Below are positions 27,411-41,700 of a stretch of DNA of 64,000 nt, piece by piece. A program made the translations under genes and the position numbers. Every line of letters starts with the position of its first letter. Within the stretch, counting starts at the first letter, position 1. The stretch comes from the human T2T-CHM13v2.0 reference genome, Homo sapiens: NCBI RefSeq assembly GCF_009914755.1, contig NC_060930.1. One strand, written 5' to 3'. The notes under the pieces were generated by a model, which searched no databases, had not been told where the DNA came from, and was given only the letters and a program-made list of their open reading frames with translations.

Positions 27411-28430
27411 TTAATATTTCTTATGGGTTATTGCAACACCCTCTGGGTGAGTTCAGCCCTAGAGGAAAGTAGGTGAGTTCCCTTGGGGAAGGGTCTTTCT
27501 GCCTCCATGTTCTACATCAGGAAAGTGGAGAAGCTTGTCATACCACAGGATGAGGCTAGTGCCGAGTCACAGACTGGTGTGTGTTCAGAGTTTTTCCCTG
27601 GAGGATGCTAGCTTATCCTCCCTTGCTCCTTCCTTTCTAGCATTTCCACCCACCTCGGGCTCTTGGGGCAGGCTGTCCCTTTAAGAAAGAGAGCCACACA
27701 TTCTGCTCCTGACAGTGGCCCTGCCTCCCTTGCTAGATACCTTGCTGGGCTGTGGTTGGGACACTCCTGGGCTGGATTTTAGTACTGAAGCCTCCAGAGG
27801 AGGGGGCACTGCTTCAAATCAAGCACACCCCACCCCAGGAATCCATGCCCACAGAAGGACTCCCTGTCTGCAGCCCCCTGCTGTGGCCCTGGGCTCCCAG
27901 CACCCAGCTCTGGGACATCAGAAGATAATTCTTGAGGACTGAGCTCAGGATTCCTAAAAAGAAAGTTGGAAAATAGCTGGATAAACTTGGTAAGTGAAAG
28001 AAAGCCGCGTTACATCCTCTTCCTTGGATTGTGGATTGCAGATTTTGGGTTGAGTTCTGGTGACTCTTGCCAGTGGTATCTGATGGGCAAATGTGAGAAG
28101 GAGGAGACAGAGGTGGGGACTGGGATCCCCAGTGGGTAGCGAGTCTTGAACTTGGGGATAGCCCCCCACCTTATCCTGGTGGTTGTCAACCTTGAGGCAG
28201 GGAGCTGGGGGTTGACATCTGAACATAGCTGGAGCCTGGCCCAAGGAGTGAAGATCCGGGAGGGGCAGATGTCAGATTTCTCCCTCATTTGGGAAAAACA
28301 AAGTGTGGTCAGTGAGTGCTGTTTGTGAAGATGCCAGAGACCAGTGACATTTGCAGCCTGAGGGTGAAATGAGTGACCCTGTGAGTGTATCTCAGGAGGA
28401 GACTTGGACCAATTCCTCTTCTTCCTATAG

Positions 28431-28740
28431 GGTCAGGGGACAGACCAGGCCTGGGCCCCAAGAAATCTGCGTTGTCTCCTTGGATTGAGGCAGCTGCCCA
28501 TGAGCAGCAGCGGACAGTGTCGTAGTGGGAGGAGGCAGGTCTGCCAAGGGCAGGGAAGAATGGAGGGCCTGTTACTGCTGAAGCCTGGGAACGCTGCCTG
28601 GGGGGAGGCCCACGCTCCCCAGAGCTGGAGTGAGAAGGAATGGGAGGAGAAGTCTATGCAGCAGGGGGATGGGCTCAGCCAGCATCCCCACCCTCTGCAG
28701 AGCAAATGCCCCCGTCCCATTTCCTGTGGCATGGACACAG
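28431..28740 (+). other. Candidate 310-nt exon (unvalidated, possibly lncRNA or cryptic)
   Basis: Acceptor TTCCTCTTCTTCCTATAG|G and donor CAG|GTGAGC; no recognisable repeat. Confidence 0.2.
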
Positions 28741-30810
28741 GTGAGCTTCCTGGCCTTGAATGCTCAGGTACAGTTTGGAGGGCTGGGGTCTGTTACAAAG
28801 AGGTGGCCTCCCATGGAGGAAGCAGGAAATGCTAGAAGCCTCAGCCCCTGGCACTCACCCGAGGGTTTCCAAATCAGAGACACTTTCTGCTAAATTATGC
28901 TTCAACAGATGTTTTCTGTGTTCCTACTTGTGCCAGGCTTTGTGCTGGGGATTTACCAAAATATAATATGGCATGGTGGAATTGGGAAGGTGTGCAGAGC
29001 TGGAAAGATATTTTGGATGTGAGATTAAAGCCATTTTTGAAAAGTAACAATAATAGTTACCATTTATTCTGTACCTTGAATGCACCAATCACTCTGCTAA
29101 AGGCTTTGCATCTCCTTTAATTCTTGCAGTAGTTTATTGACTTGTGACTAATTTTGTAGATTTCAAAGATTAAGAAACTAAGGCTCAGAGATTAAGGACC
29201 TTTCCTTAAAGATGCAGGGCTGGTAAATGGCAAAGCCAGGATGAACCTCTTAAGTCGTCTAACCATTTATTCATTTGTGTGTTCAACAAAGTTGAATTGC
29301 TGGCCTACTGTGTGACAGCCATTGTAGAGGGCACTCAGGACACAGCTGGGACAGGGAAGGGTCCAGGGCAGCCTAACTCCATAGCCTGGGTCCTCACCCC
29401 CAGCCAGAGCCCTTCACACTGGGCCCCAGAGACCCCTGGGAACATTGTGTGATTGTTTTCTCCAAGGTCTGAGACTCTGCTTGAGAATGTGCTTTTCCTT
29501 GAGAAATGTTTCTTTGTTTTCATTTTAATAATAATACTGTAAAAATTGGAGGCATTTATTCTGAATCATCTGAATGACCACCATATAACCTACTATTGGC
29601 ATGCGATTTTAGTCCCCAGGTTTGTGTTTCTGTGCAAGTTGGCACCGAGTGGTTTCCTAAAATGATAGTTTTTAACTTTCAATGCTTTGTTTCTCAAACT
29701 GGGCTCTACACTGTGTGCTTCAAAGGCCCAAAGATTAAGAAAGGCTACATCGACAGATTCTACTGCAGGAAGGGAGATGTGCAGTATGGGTGTCCCAAGA
29801 GGAAATGGTTCAACATCCTCCTCTCCTGGGGGGTGAAGAAAACTGAGGAGTTCAGGTTGGGGCAAAGCAGCTTGGGGGTTCTGAATCTTCCAACCTGCTG
29901 GTCTCCAAGCTCAGGATGGACCTAGGCCAGAGACTCAGAGAGGAACAGGCAAGTCAGGAAAAACGAAGACTCTTGAGTTCAGATTGGTGTGCTCTGCTCT
30001 GACATAGCATCTCTGACCTCAAGCAAACTTGCTCCTTTCTGGGCCTTTGCAGATGGGACGACTTGTGCCGGGAAGGGGGAAGTGTGGGGCCTCCCTGGAA
30101 CACTGTGTGACTTCCTCCCAAAGAGGGATGTTTTGTGGTCATTCAGAACTTCTGACCTTTCCTGAGGCCCAGCTGTTAGGTGAGAAGGCCATCGCATGAT
30201 CCCTGGTGTACAGAACTGTGCATGTGACTTGTGCCTCACCACCCTGGGGGCATCCAGGGCTGTATCATGCTAGCCTGGTGCTTTGGCCCTTAGATGGGGC
30301 TGGGCAATCAGCATCCTTTCTGGATTGGATGTCCTGCCAGTCTTGGAGGCTGGAGGCAGGAGACTGAGGACCCCTGCCTCTCCATCCTCTTCCACCTCCT
30401 TTCCCTCCTCCCCCTGCTGGGGTTTTGGGTCTTGCTGTCATCTCTGCTTTTGAATGATGCTCCATTGTATCTCCACTCTCTGGTTACTGTCCCTCAGCTG
30501 GGCCCTGGGTGGTCATTCTGGTCGTCTTTTCTCCAGACTCCACTCTACCCTCTTCTGTCTTGTACATTAGGAGTCAGTGAACATTATCTGCAAAGGTCTT
30601 GATAGTAAATATTTCAGCTCTGGGGGCCTTCTGTGCTACACATTAGTAATTTGTTCCTAATTTTATCTCCTCAAGCGCAGGAGTCAATAGAACTTGGCTA
30701 TCTCTGCAGCCTCCCCCGCCCCCAGTTCTGTGCCTGCTGGGCAGTAGGCACTCAGGAAGTATTGCTGGCATAAATCCCAATGACCTCTCCCCATCCCCCT
30801 AGAGCCCGTG

Positions 30811-30828
30811 CCCCAGCAGGGGGCATCT
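30811..30828 (+). promoter_or_regulatory. Candidate CTCF site
   Basis: CCAGCAGGGGGCAT matches CCASYAGRKGGCRS at 13/14 positions. Confidence 0.4.
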
Positions 30829-31623
30829 TGGGGTCTAGCTGTACCATTTTGGGAAATCAGGATCTGGTCACCTGTTGGTTGCTGTGGCATCCTGTAGCTA
30901 AATCCATCTCTGGCCCTGTAACCTGAACCTGCCCCAGGCCCTGTGCTCCAGGATCAAGTGTCCCTGTTTGTTTTGACATCCCCTGTGGGGCGTTAGAGAT
31001 CCAGATTTCAAAGCAAGATTTTTTTCTAGCAGCGGTTGAAGGCCAGGCCCCTGCCAGCTCCTGGGCTCCCATGTTAGCATTTTCAGTTAATTAAGAAAAC
31101 AAACCCCACATCCTTGACAGAGGTGGTTCTGCCAATTCAGGACAGAGAACTTTGCATCAGCATAGCATGCAGGAGAAGCTGGCCAGCTCCTGCAGGCAGG
31201 ACAAGCTGAGGGAGGCAGATGTTTGAGCTGGAGAGGACCCACTGGTGCCTTCTCGGCAAGAGCAGGTTCCGCGGAAGTCGCATGATTGGGAAGCCAGCTC
31301 CAGGCAAGGTCCAGAGCATGGAATTTCTGTTCCTCTTTCCCCATCCAGGGTGCATTTATCATGGGTGAGGGCCATGGGGAAAGGCCAGCTGGATGAGAAT
31401 AGCAGGGGGAGACACAAATACTTTCTTGGGACTTGCCAGTCTTCCTCTCCAGAGCCAGGTTATCCCAACTGTCTAACTCCTGGAGGAGAATGATGAGAGG
31501 TGACCTGGGGTGGCTTCAGAGGGGCCCAGGTAGCTGACCTGCCAGCTGCCAAGAAGGAGCCTGATCAGAGAGGCTGCTTAGCCATGCAGGGCCTGGATGT
31601 GAATTTAAGAAGGGTCTTTGTCA

Positions 31624-32095
<472 letters not shown>

Positions 32096-34687
32096 TCACC
32101 TGATCACACACCCTCTCCATCGTACCAGGGATAAGATATGTCCTTCCCCTGCTCCCACCGTGGCTGTGATTGGGCAGGTGGGAATGGGGGGAGTCAAGGG
32201 AGCATAGGTGGGACTGGCTTTCTGCACCCCGATATCTGTACTGAGTGTACTGAGTGTACTCTTTCCCAGGTGTACAAGCCCTGCAGGCAGGGTGGGCTCA
32301 TGTATCTCCTTGGATGTGGGATTCTCTTGCAGTTCACAGCCTGCACACTACATGCAGTGGTCCTTGTACCTCTTGGGTAGAATGGAATTGGAGGGAGACC
32401 CAGTCCTGCTCTATCATTGCTAAATGGCCCAGCACACATTATTTGGGCTTTGTGAATCTCTTAATTTCTAATGGGAAATGGGAATGAGGTTCACATTTTA
32501 TGTGTCCCCATGGTGCAGGTGTGTTGGCAAATATGAGATAAGGCGTATTTCATGCCTAGTGCAGTGAACCTGGCCTCCTTCCCCATTGGACATGTGTCTT
32601 GGTCCAGCTTCTGCCTGCTGGCTTGGGATGTGGCTGCCTTAAAAGATAGTGGGGAGAAATGATAAACACACGGCTGGCATCTTCTCAGCTTAGGAGAAGA
32701 GCCCTGGGGAAGAAGCGATTGTGCGGCCTGCTCCTGGTCTCTGGTATAACTAGTTCAAATAACTGCCAGTTAGTAGCAGATTTTTTTTTTATTTTACTTT
32801 CGAGGGTCTTCTCCTTACCTGCTGGAACTCTCTGGGCTCCCTGCCATGAGTACTTTGTCATTCACAGCACAATCCCAAAGTGAGGGGCTGGGGCTATTCT
32901 AGGAAAGCAAGTCTCTTAAAAGGTGAGCATCCCTGTGGTGTCCTAAAGCTGGGGAGAAGCCACTTAGGGTTTTGGGGGACTCTCGACTCCTTCTCTTTCT
33001 CTCTTTTTCATTTCCAGTGGAATCCTCAGGTGATCGGTTGTGTAGCTGATATGCCCAATAGCTCCCCTTTCCTGGAGAACATATCCAATTTGCCTCACGA
33101 TCCTCCTGAAATTCTTGAATCCCTGGACACCAGGCTAGTTTGTTTGCTTTTCTCCTTTTGCCAGTGATTTTTTTCACTTCATATTAGGACTGTTTGCACA
33201 CAAAAATTAAGAAAAATGTACATAAAAAATCAGATGTGAAATGTGAAAAAGCATACTAATGGTAGGCAAATAATAATAATTAGTATGCATAGTCACAGGT
33301 TTCTGTAACTTCAACTTGGCAAATCCAAATGTCTTGGAATGACTGTCAGGAGCACCTTCTCTTTTTAAAGAGAAGTTTCTAAGTACCCTTCAAGCTTCAA
33401 AGAGAAAATCTGAGGTGAGGAAATCAGGAGAAGTTGGGAATCAGTTTCCTGGAGTATTTGAGAATATTTAAAGAGAGAGGCGGTGTAGCTTGGATCCTAG
33501 CAGGGCTCACAATATTTAGGGGAAATATTCATGAATGAATCTTGGGTAAGATTTTTGGAATTTTTAATTTTTGTTTTTATATTGCATTTTTGTAGTTGTT
33601 GTTTCCACTTAAGTAGAAACTCAGGAGAAACCAGGAAGCAAAGCAGAATTTGTCTGCGACTGTTCTGTAGTGGGAGAGAAGAGTTCTGTGCTGTGAATTC
33701 GAAAATTGGGTTCTAGACATGGCTGTGGCATGAGTTTGCTGTGGGTCCTGAGGCAAGTAGCCTGCTTCTTGGGCCTCAGTTTCTCGCCTGTAAAGCGGTC
33801 TTTAAATGGTAGTACCTTCATTCTCAACGTCTTGTGCATGCCAGCAGCTGTATGAGGGGCGTCCTGCAGATCATGTCGGAGAAAGGAGGAGTTGAGTCCA
33901 TTTGCACACAGGTGGGGAGTGTGACATCTCAAGAGGGGAAGGCACAGCTATCCAGGAGCTGAAGTGGGGCGGGGGTAGTCTTTTTCAGAGTCTGATTATT
34001 GGGTCTGGGTTTGTGGAATGGTGCTTCACCACCCCAGGGAATGGTGGCCCTCACTCACGCCTTGGCTCTGTGTGTGTGGGCTCATGGAGGTGCCCCCGGG
34101 CCTGGTAGGATGCAGGGGCCTGGGCTTCAGAAACAGTGGCTGGAGGATTCTCCCTGACTCTTTTCCTTGGGGTCCTCATGCCTGGATTACTCTTCAGGGT
34201 CTCTGTCTTTGTGTGAAGTGTGATACCCCTTGACCCCCTTGGTCTGAGAATGAACTCTCTTAATGGACCAAAGGGGAATCTGGAAAATCGCAAACCCAGT
34301 TTCAGAATTCAAGGGGTATAGTCCCTTCATGTCTGAGCCCTGGAGTACTTCTTGGGTCATCTTGCCAGCTGCCCAAGCTCTGCCTGCCCTGCCGCTCACA
34401 CTTCTAACTCCTGCCCTCCCTGCTACCTGAAGGCTCATACCTGGGGAACGCCTCGCTGTCCTTGGAGACTCAGCCCAAAAATCACCACACCTACAAAGTC
34501 TCTCTAACGCCTCCTCCTCCCCACCAATTTCAGGTAGTAGGGTTCCCTCTCACCTGTGCTCCCACAGGCCTGTCCCTGATGAAGCACTGAGCACAATGTT
34601 TGAAAACCACTGTTCTGTCTGACTCTCGCTAGACTATTAGCTTCCAGAATGCAAAGCCCTGACTGGTTCAGTTTTGCATTTCTAGTA

Positions 34688-35598
<911 letters not shown>

Positions 35599-37609
35599 AA
35601 GAAGCAAGAATGGTTACTGTTTGGATAATTCACCCAGGGACCAGCTTCACGGGATGCTGTTTAAACAGATAAATCCAATTGGCATCTCTTCTTTGTATAC
35701 TTTTGTTGATGGCAGGGGCCTGGGGAGCGGGCTGTGTGTTCCACACAGGGTGTGTGGATGGGCCTGCACATGCGCCTATGACTGGTTGTGGGTAGCAAGC
35801 ACAGAATGATCCTGTTTTTCTGTAAATACTGAGCCACAAACATTGGCAGTGACTTTCTGGCCATTATCCTCAGTGGTGTGTGATTCTTGCGGCTTTTCCC
35901 AGGGTGTACCAAAGGAGTGTGACTGTGGTGACCATCGATGGGGAGGCTGGCAGCACTCAGGGTGATGGACAGAACCCCATGGTTGGTTCCCTCTTAAGAG
36001 GCTTGTGTTGGAGGCTGAGTGATACCTCATTTGGCACCAGTTGGAGAGTTTATAGCCTGTGAGGGTTCTTACACTTACCAAGAGGAAATTGGGCAATAGA
36101 AATTTATGTTAATGTCTGTGGGATAACAAAAAAGCAACATGTCCCTGGGTCAGTAGTGATCTTACCTTCAGGGGTTTGTTTATTCATTGGCACACTCAGA
36201 CATTTCTACTCAGTGCCTGCCATATATGCCTGTCCTCATTCTAGGGATGCAGACTGAACCTGGTCCCTGCCCTCAGAGGGCTTAGTTTCTGGTAAAAGTG
36301 CTTGAAGATTGGGAGGATGGGAGTTGAAGCTGGCACCCTCCCCAGAGCCGTTCTGAGCCGGCCCCTTGGTGGGAAATATCATTTCTCCATTTATTAGCTC
36401 CTCTGTTCTCCCCCAAGTTGTTGCTGGCCAGAAGCACCTTGGTACCACCCTTCTAGATTTCTCATGCTCCCTCCTTCCCCACGCTGAGTTAGAGACCCTT
36501 CATCCATACTCTCATCATTCCCTGTACAGCTCCACCAAGATACTTCTGCCCACTACCCCGGCCTGCTCACATTTGTACCCCCTTTCCGACTGGGAGATTT
36601 TTACAATCAGGTCTGTGTTTTATTCACTGCCGCATCCTACAGTGCACAGTGTCTGGCCCAGAGTGGGGGTTCATAGATGGTTGTGGAGTGGATGCCTATG
36701 GGGCAATGCTGGACTGCATTTATTTCATCTTCAGCATTCACACTGAAGCCTGTGTCTATCTATTTTCATCTTTTTCTGGGTCCGTCATGGAGAGGCATGA
36801 CTCTCAGAGAAGTTGCTGAAAAGCTGGGGCATTGCGAGAAATTGGAGAAATCTGGGAAGCCACAGGCTGGAGTCGCTGGGGTCCGGTGAGTCCTCTGTGA
36901 CTGTCATTCCACGCACTCCCTCCCAGGGAGGGAGGCAGGTGGGCTTCAGGGCTGACAGAGTGGGGCTCTGAGTCCAGACTGTGCTTGTGCTGAGGCCTGC
37001 GTCTTCTTCATCGTGAGTGGGGACAAGTGATGCTGACAGACAGACCTACCCCTGTGGCCCTCCGGCTCAGGCAGTGCAGCTGGGCCAGCAGGAGAGAGGG
37101 CCGCCTGGGAATAGCTGGGAAGCAAGTCCAGGCCTTGGGCCCACCTCCCCCAAGGCCAGGATGTGGCGTGGGACCCAGGCCTGCGGAGGTTCCCACCACT
37201 CTGCTCCTGCACTCCCAAATGCTCCAGGCCCAGGCAGCAGGAGGGGGTGGCGAGGGGCTCCAGCTGCCTGGGTCAAGACTGCATCAGGACCAGGGCAGCT
37301 CTGCAGGCACACACCTCTGACATTTAGCCTCCACCTGGATAGCTGCCAGTGGCCCTGCAGTCCGGACCAGCTTTGCATGGGGGAGGAGAGTCAGGGATTA
37401 ACCATTTCAGGCCCTTCCTCCATCAGGCAGAAACTGGTCCTCTCAGGTCGACCATGTACCAAGGACCGGAGTGGGCATATTTACAAATGTTGCCTCATTT
37501 AATCTTCACATCAACGTGAGGGTGTGGGCATCATCTCCATTTCTCAGATGAGTAAACTAAGGCATGTGGGGAGTTATGTAACTTGCCTAAGTCTACACAG
37601 TTAGTAAGT

Positions 37610-37860
37610 TTCATATATTCCTTCTTTATTACAAGGGCCTATTATGTACCAGGTAGTAATTCTAGTCACTGCGGATACAGCAATGAATGATAGACAAAAA
37701 TGCCCCATGGAATATACATTCTTGTGGGAGGGATAATGAATACATGGGATGTATAGTCTGTCAGGTGGTGGTAAGTCTACGTGGAAAATGAAGGGAAGGG
37801 AGATGGGAGGTGCTGGGAGCGGGGCTGCTATTTCAGATGCCCTTGAAAGACCTCACTGAG
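37610..37860 (-). mobile_element. L2 3' fragment
   Basis: CTATTATGTACCAGG..GGATACAGCAATGAA..AGACAAAAA..CCCCATGGAA. Confidence 0.75.
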
Positions 37861-37944
37861 AGGGTGTGAGTTATTCACACTTAGTGCTGAATAGGTGCCT
37901 GGTGCTACCCTAATCACTGTACCTGACTCACTAAATTAATCCCC

Positions 37945-38120
37945 ACAATTAATCCCCACAATCTTTGAGGCAGATTACTATTATTATTCTCATTTTCACA
38001 TGGGGAAACTGAGGCACAGGGAGGTTAAGTAACTTGCCAAAGATGACACAGCAGATAAGAAGCAGCTCTAGGATTTGCACCCAGGAAGTCTAACTCCTGA
38101 GTTCTGGCTCTTAACCTCTG
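37945..38120 (-). mobile_element. MIR
   Basis: CATTTTCACATGGGGAAACTGAGGCACAGGGAGGTTAAGTAACTTGCC. Confidence 0.85.
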
Positions 38121-38210
38121 TGTGGCCTCTGCCAGGGCCACAAAGACAGTAAATGGGTGGGAAGGTCAAGAGGCTTGTAAGACCCCACCTGAACAGTCCA
38201 GGTCTGTGGC

Positions 38211-38651
38211 CTGGGGGGTAGGCACGCTGAGGGACAGGTGCACTAGGGGGCAGGTGCACTGTGGGGACAGGAGCACTGGGGAGGCAGGTGTACTGAGGGG
38301 GCAGGTGCACTGGGGGGGGGCAGGTGCAGTGCAGGGACCAGAGCACTGGGGGGTAGGTGCACTGGGGAGGCAGGTGTACCGAGGGGGCAGTTGTACTGAG
38401 GGGGCAGGTGCACTGGGGGGCAGGTGCACTGAAGGGGCAGATGCAGTGCGAGGGCCGGGGCACTGGAGGGTAGGTGCACTGGGGGGGTAGGTGCACTGGG
38501 GGGTAGGTGCACTGGGGAGGCAGGTATACTGGAGGGACAGGTGCACTGGGGGCGCAGGTACACTGCGGGGACAGGTGTACTGAGGGAGTAGGTGCACTGG
38601 GGGAACAGGTGTACTGGGGGGACAGGTACGCTAGGGAGGCAGGTGCACTGG
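38211..38651. repeat. G-rich minisatellite, ~26 units of 16-17 bp (CTGGGGGGGCAGGTGCA-like)
   Basis: Units counted manually; GGGCAGG core. Confidence 0.95.
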
Positions 38652-39743
38652 TGCTCACTCCTCTGCAGCTCCCTTGGTGAGGAAAGGGTAGAGGGGCCGA
38701 CAGGTCAGTTGCAGTTAAACCTGGGTGAAAGTGGGGCTTGACTAGTTTGTGTCGAATAAGGAGAGGATGAGCTCCCCAGTGAGGGGGTCCCAGAGGCTCC
38801 CCTTCTCCCCTCTCCTCCTATGCCAGCCAGCCTCCCTGAGCCCTCCGAGGACTCAGATCTGAAACAAAAGTGGGACTGTTTTTTGCTCTTGTCCTCTTCT
38901 TCCCTTCCTTTTGTCTATCTGGGAATAACCCACTTAGTGGTGGTGATGATGATTGATGACATAATAGCAGCTCATATTTATTGAAGACTTACTAAACTGG
39001 GCAGCGAACATGAATAACGACACTCAGCTGTGCAGGAAAAAGTAATTGATTCTTATAATGGATAATTTTCAATGAAAAACTTAGTGTGAAAAATAAAGGT
39101 ACTTTAGTCTCTGATTTAAATGAGTTGCTTTGGAGCGAGGTCCCATCAAGTCAAAATTCAAACTTCCTGTGAGGGCAGCTCCCAGTGCCCCTCCCCTGAA
39201 TGGTCTGGCTTCCTGGGGAAGCTCCAGTATTTTCCTGGTGACCAGGGAAGGGCCTGGGGGCTGCAGGGTTTCTGCAGTTCTCCACGGAGCTGTACCTTGC
39301 TCTCTCTGCTGCTTGGACCTCTGTGCTGAACTCCATTGAAGGGGCCAGGTCTGGTCCGGTCCCCAGGGCTTCTGAGGGTAGACTTGGCACCCACTGCTGA
39401 AGCTTAGGTCTTCCTCAGGCTCCTGGCTCTGCCAGGACGTCCACCCACTCCTGGAGGGCCCAGGTGTCCAGTGGCTGGTCTGGGATGTGAGGGTTCTAAA
39501 TGGGTGGGCCCGAGGGCAGCCCCCAGGTAACTTCCTCAGCTGTTGCCAGCCATGTTTGCTCAGAGCTGGGTTTAGGCAGGGTTTATCCACGTGACCTTTC
39601 CCCAACCCTGCACCCTATTCTGAAATTCTCCAAGTCATTGAGTTATTTCTAATGACACTGCAAACCACCCCCTCCTCTCTTCTCTGGAGGTGGGGAAGGA
39701 AGTGGAATCCAGGACATTTACTTTCTTTTCCTCCTAGTACTAG

Positions 39744-40478
<735 letters not shown>

Positions 40479-41419
40479 TAGAGAAGTCAAGCAACTTTCC
40501 CAAAGTCTTGCAGCTTGTTAGTGGCAGAGCCAAGTTTAGAATCTAAAAATTCTGGATTCTTGACCCCGTCGTATGCCTGAGGCTTTTGCTGCTTCTCAGA
40601 AATGAGTCTTGGGGTAATGGCTCTTTAGCACTCAGTGACGTGTGATGTAGCGCCTTGAATAACGTACAATATCCCCCAGAGAAATGGGGATGGGTTTCAG
40701 TTGGCTCCACCAGGGGTAAATATAAGAGCATACCTCTTATATTGTCATAGGATATCTCATTTCAGATTTAGAGAGGGGCTTGTTGGTTTTCAAATTCCCC
40801 CATTTGTATGCATGTGACTACCTACATCCTTCTTTTTTCACTCATTTTAACTATGACTTTTCACTAACTGTTTGGGTGACTGCACTGGAGAAAAAGTGTG
40901 ATGTGGACATCCTTCAACTCCACTCTGCTTCCCTAGTGAAAGAGGCCTTTGATTTGCAGCAGTAGCTCCTGTTCGCCGAGCCTGGTACAGCCCTGACTCT
41001 CAGTGCTCAAGTTGGCTAAAGCCCTGCCCTTTTCTGTCTGCTAGTAGCTGTTGAGGATCATGTGCGACATTTGAAAACTCAGCTCTGGCTTCACTTGCAC
41101 TGGAGTTGAAAGGCGAAGGGGGTATCTGGGCACCACCTAAAAATAGGGGGAGATTAACTCTCACTTTATGTTTTAAGCTTTTATTACATAATCAGCATCA
41201 TGCTATTGGTGTTATATTAACTCTATATAAGAGGAAGGAGAAAATCCAGCCATAATCACACCACATGCATTTGGATTCACATTTCCAAAAGCTCCAATGC
41301 CCCGGGAATTCTGAGATGGAGGGCAGGGCAGGGAAGGGAGCAAAATCAATGAGAGGTGATTAAGGTGACCTGAGGTGGCAGGAGTCAAGCCAACGCACGG
41401 GCTCAGTTTCAGACTCATT

Positions 41420-41700
41420 TTCCCTTAAGACTGAGCTCTGGCATTGCCTTCTCCAGAAAGCCTTCCCTGGTGTCCTCCTTGTCAATAGCCAGCGGTATTA
41501 GGTGCCTCTCTCCACCCACACCACAATGCCTTACTTGGGTCACTGTGCGCTTCCCGCATTATGTCATGACTGTCTATTTATGTGCATGACTCTCCCACTG
41601 GACTGTGAGCTCCAGGTGCTCAGGAATGTATTTTGTTCATCTCTTTATCTCTGGTGCCTGGCACATCTGAACAGGCCAAGAAATGCTGGTTGACATAGTC
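41420..41700 (+). mobile_element. L2 3' fragment
   Basis: CTTCTCCAGAAAGCCTTCCCTG..GGACTGTGAGCTCC..GGTGCCTGGCACA. Confidence 0.75.

Noticed and set aside
38211-38651. CRISPR-like repeat array
   Set aside because: Head-to-tail degenerate units with no unique spacers, no cas genes, and a eukaryotic context.
38068-38658. 196-aa Pro-rich repetitive ORF
   Set aside because: Translation of the minisatellite; several frames are open and there is no gene context.
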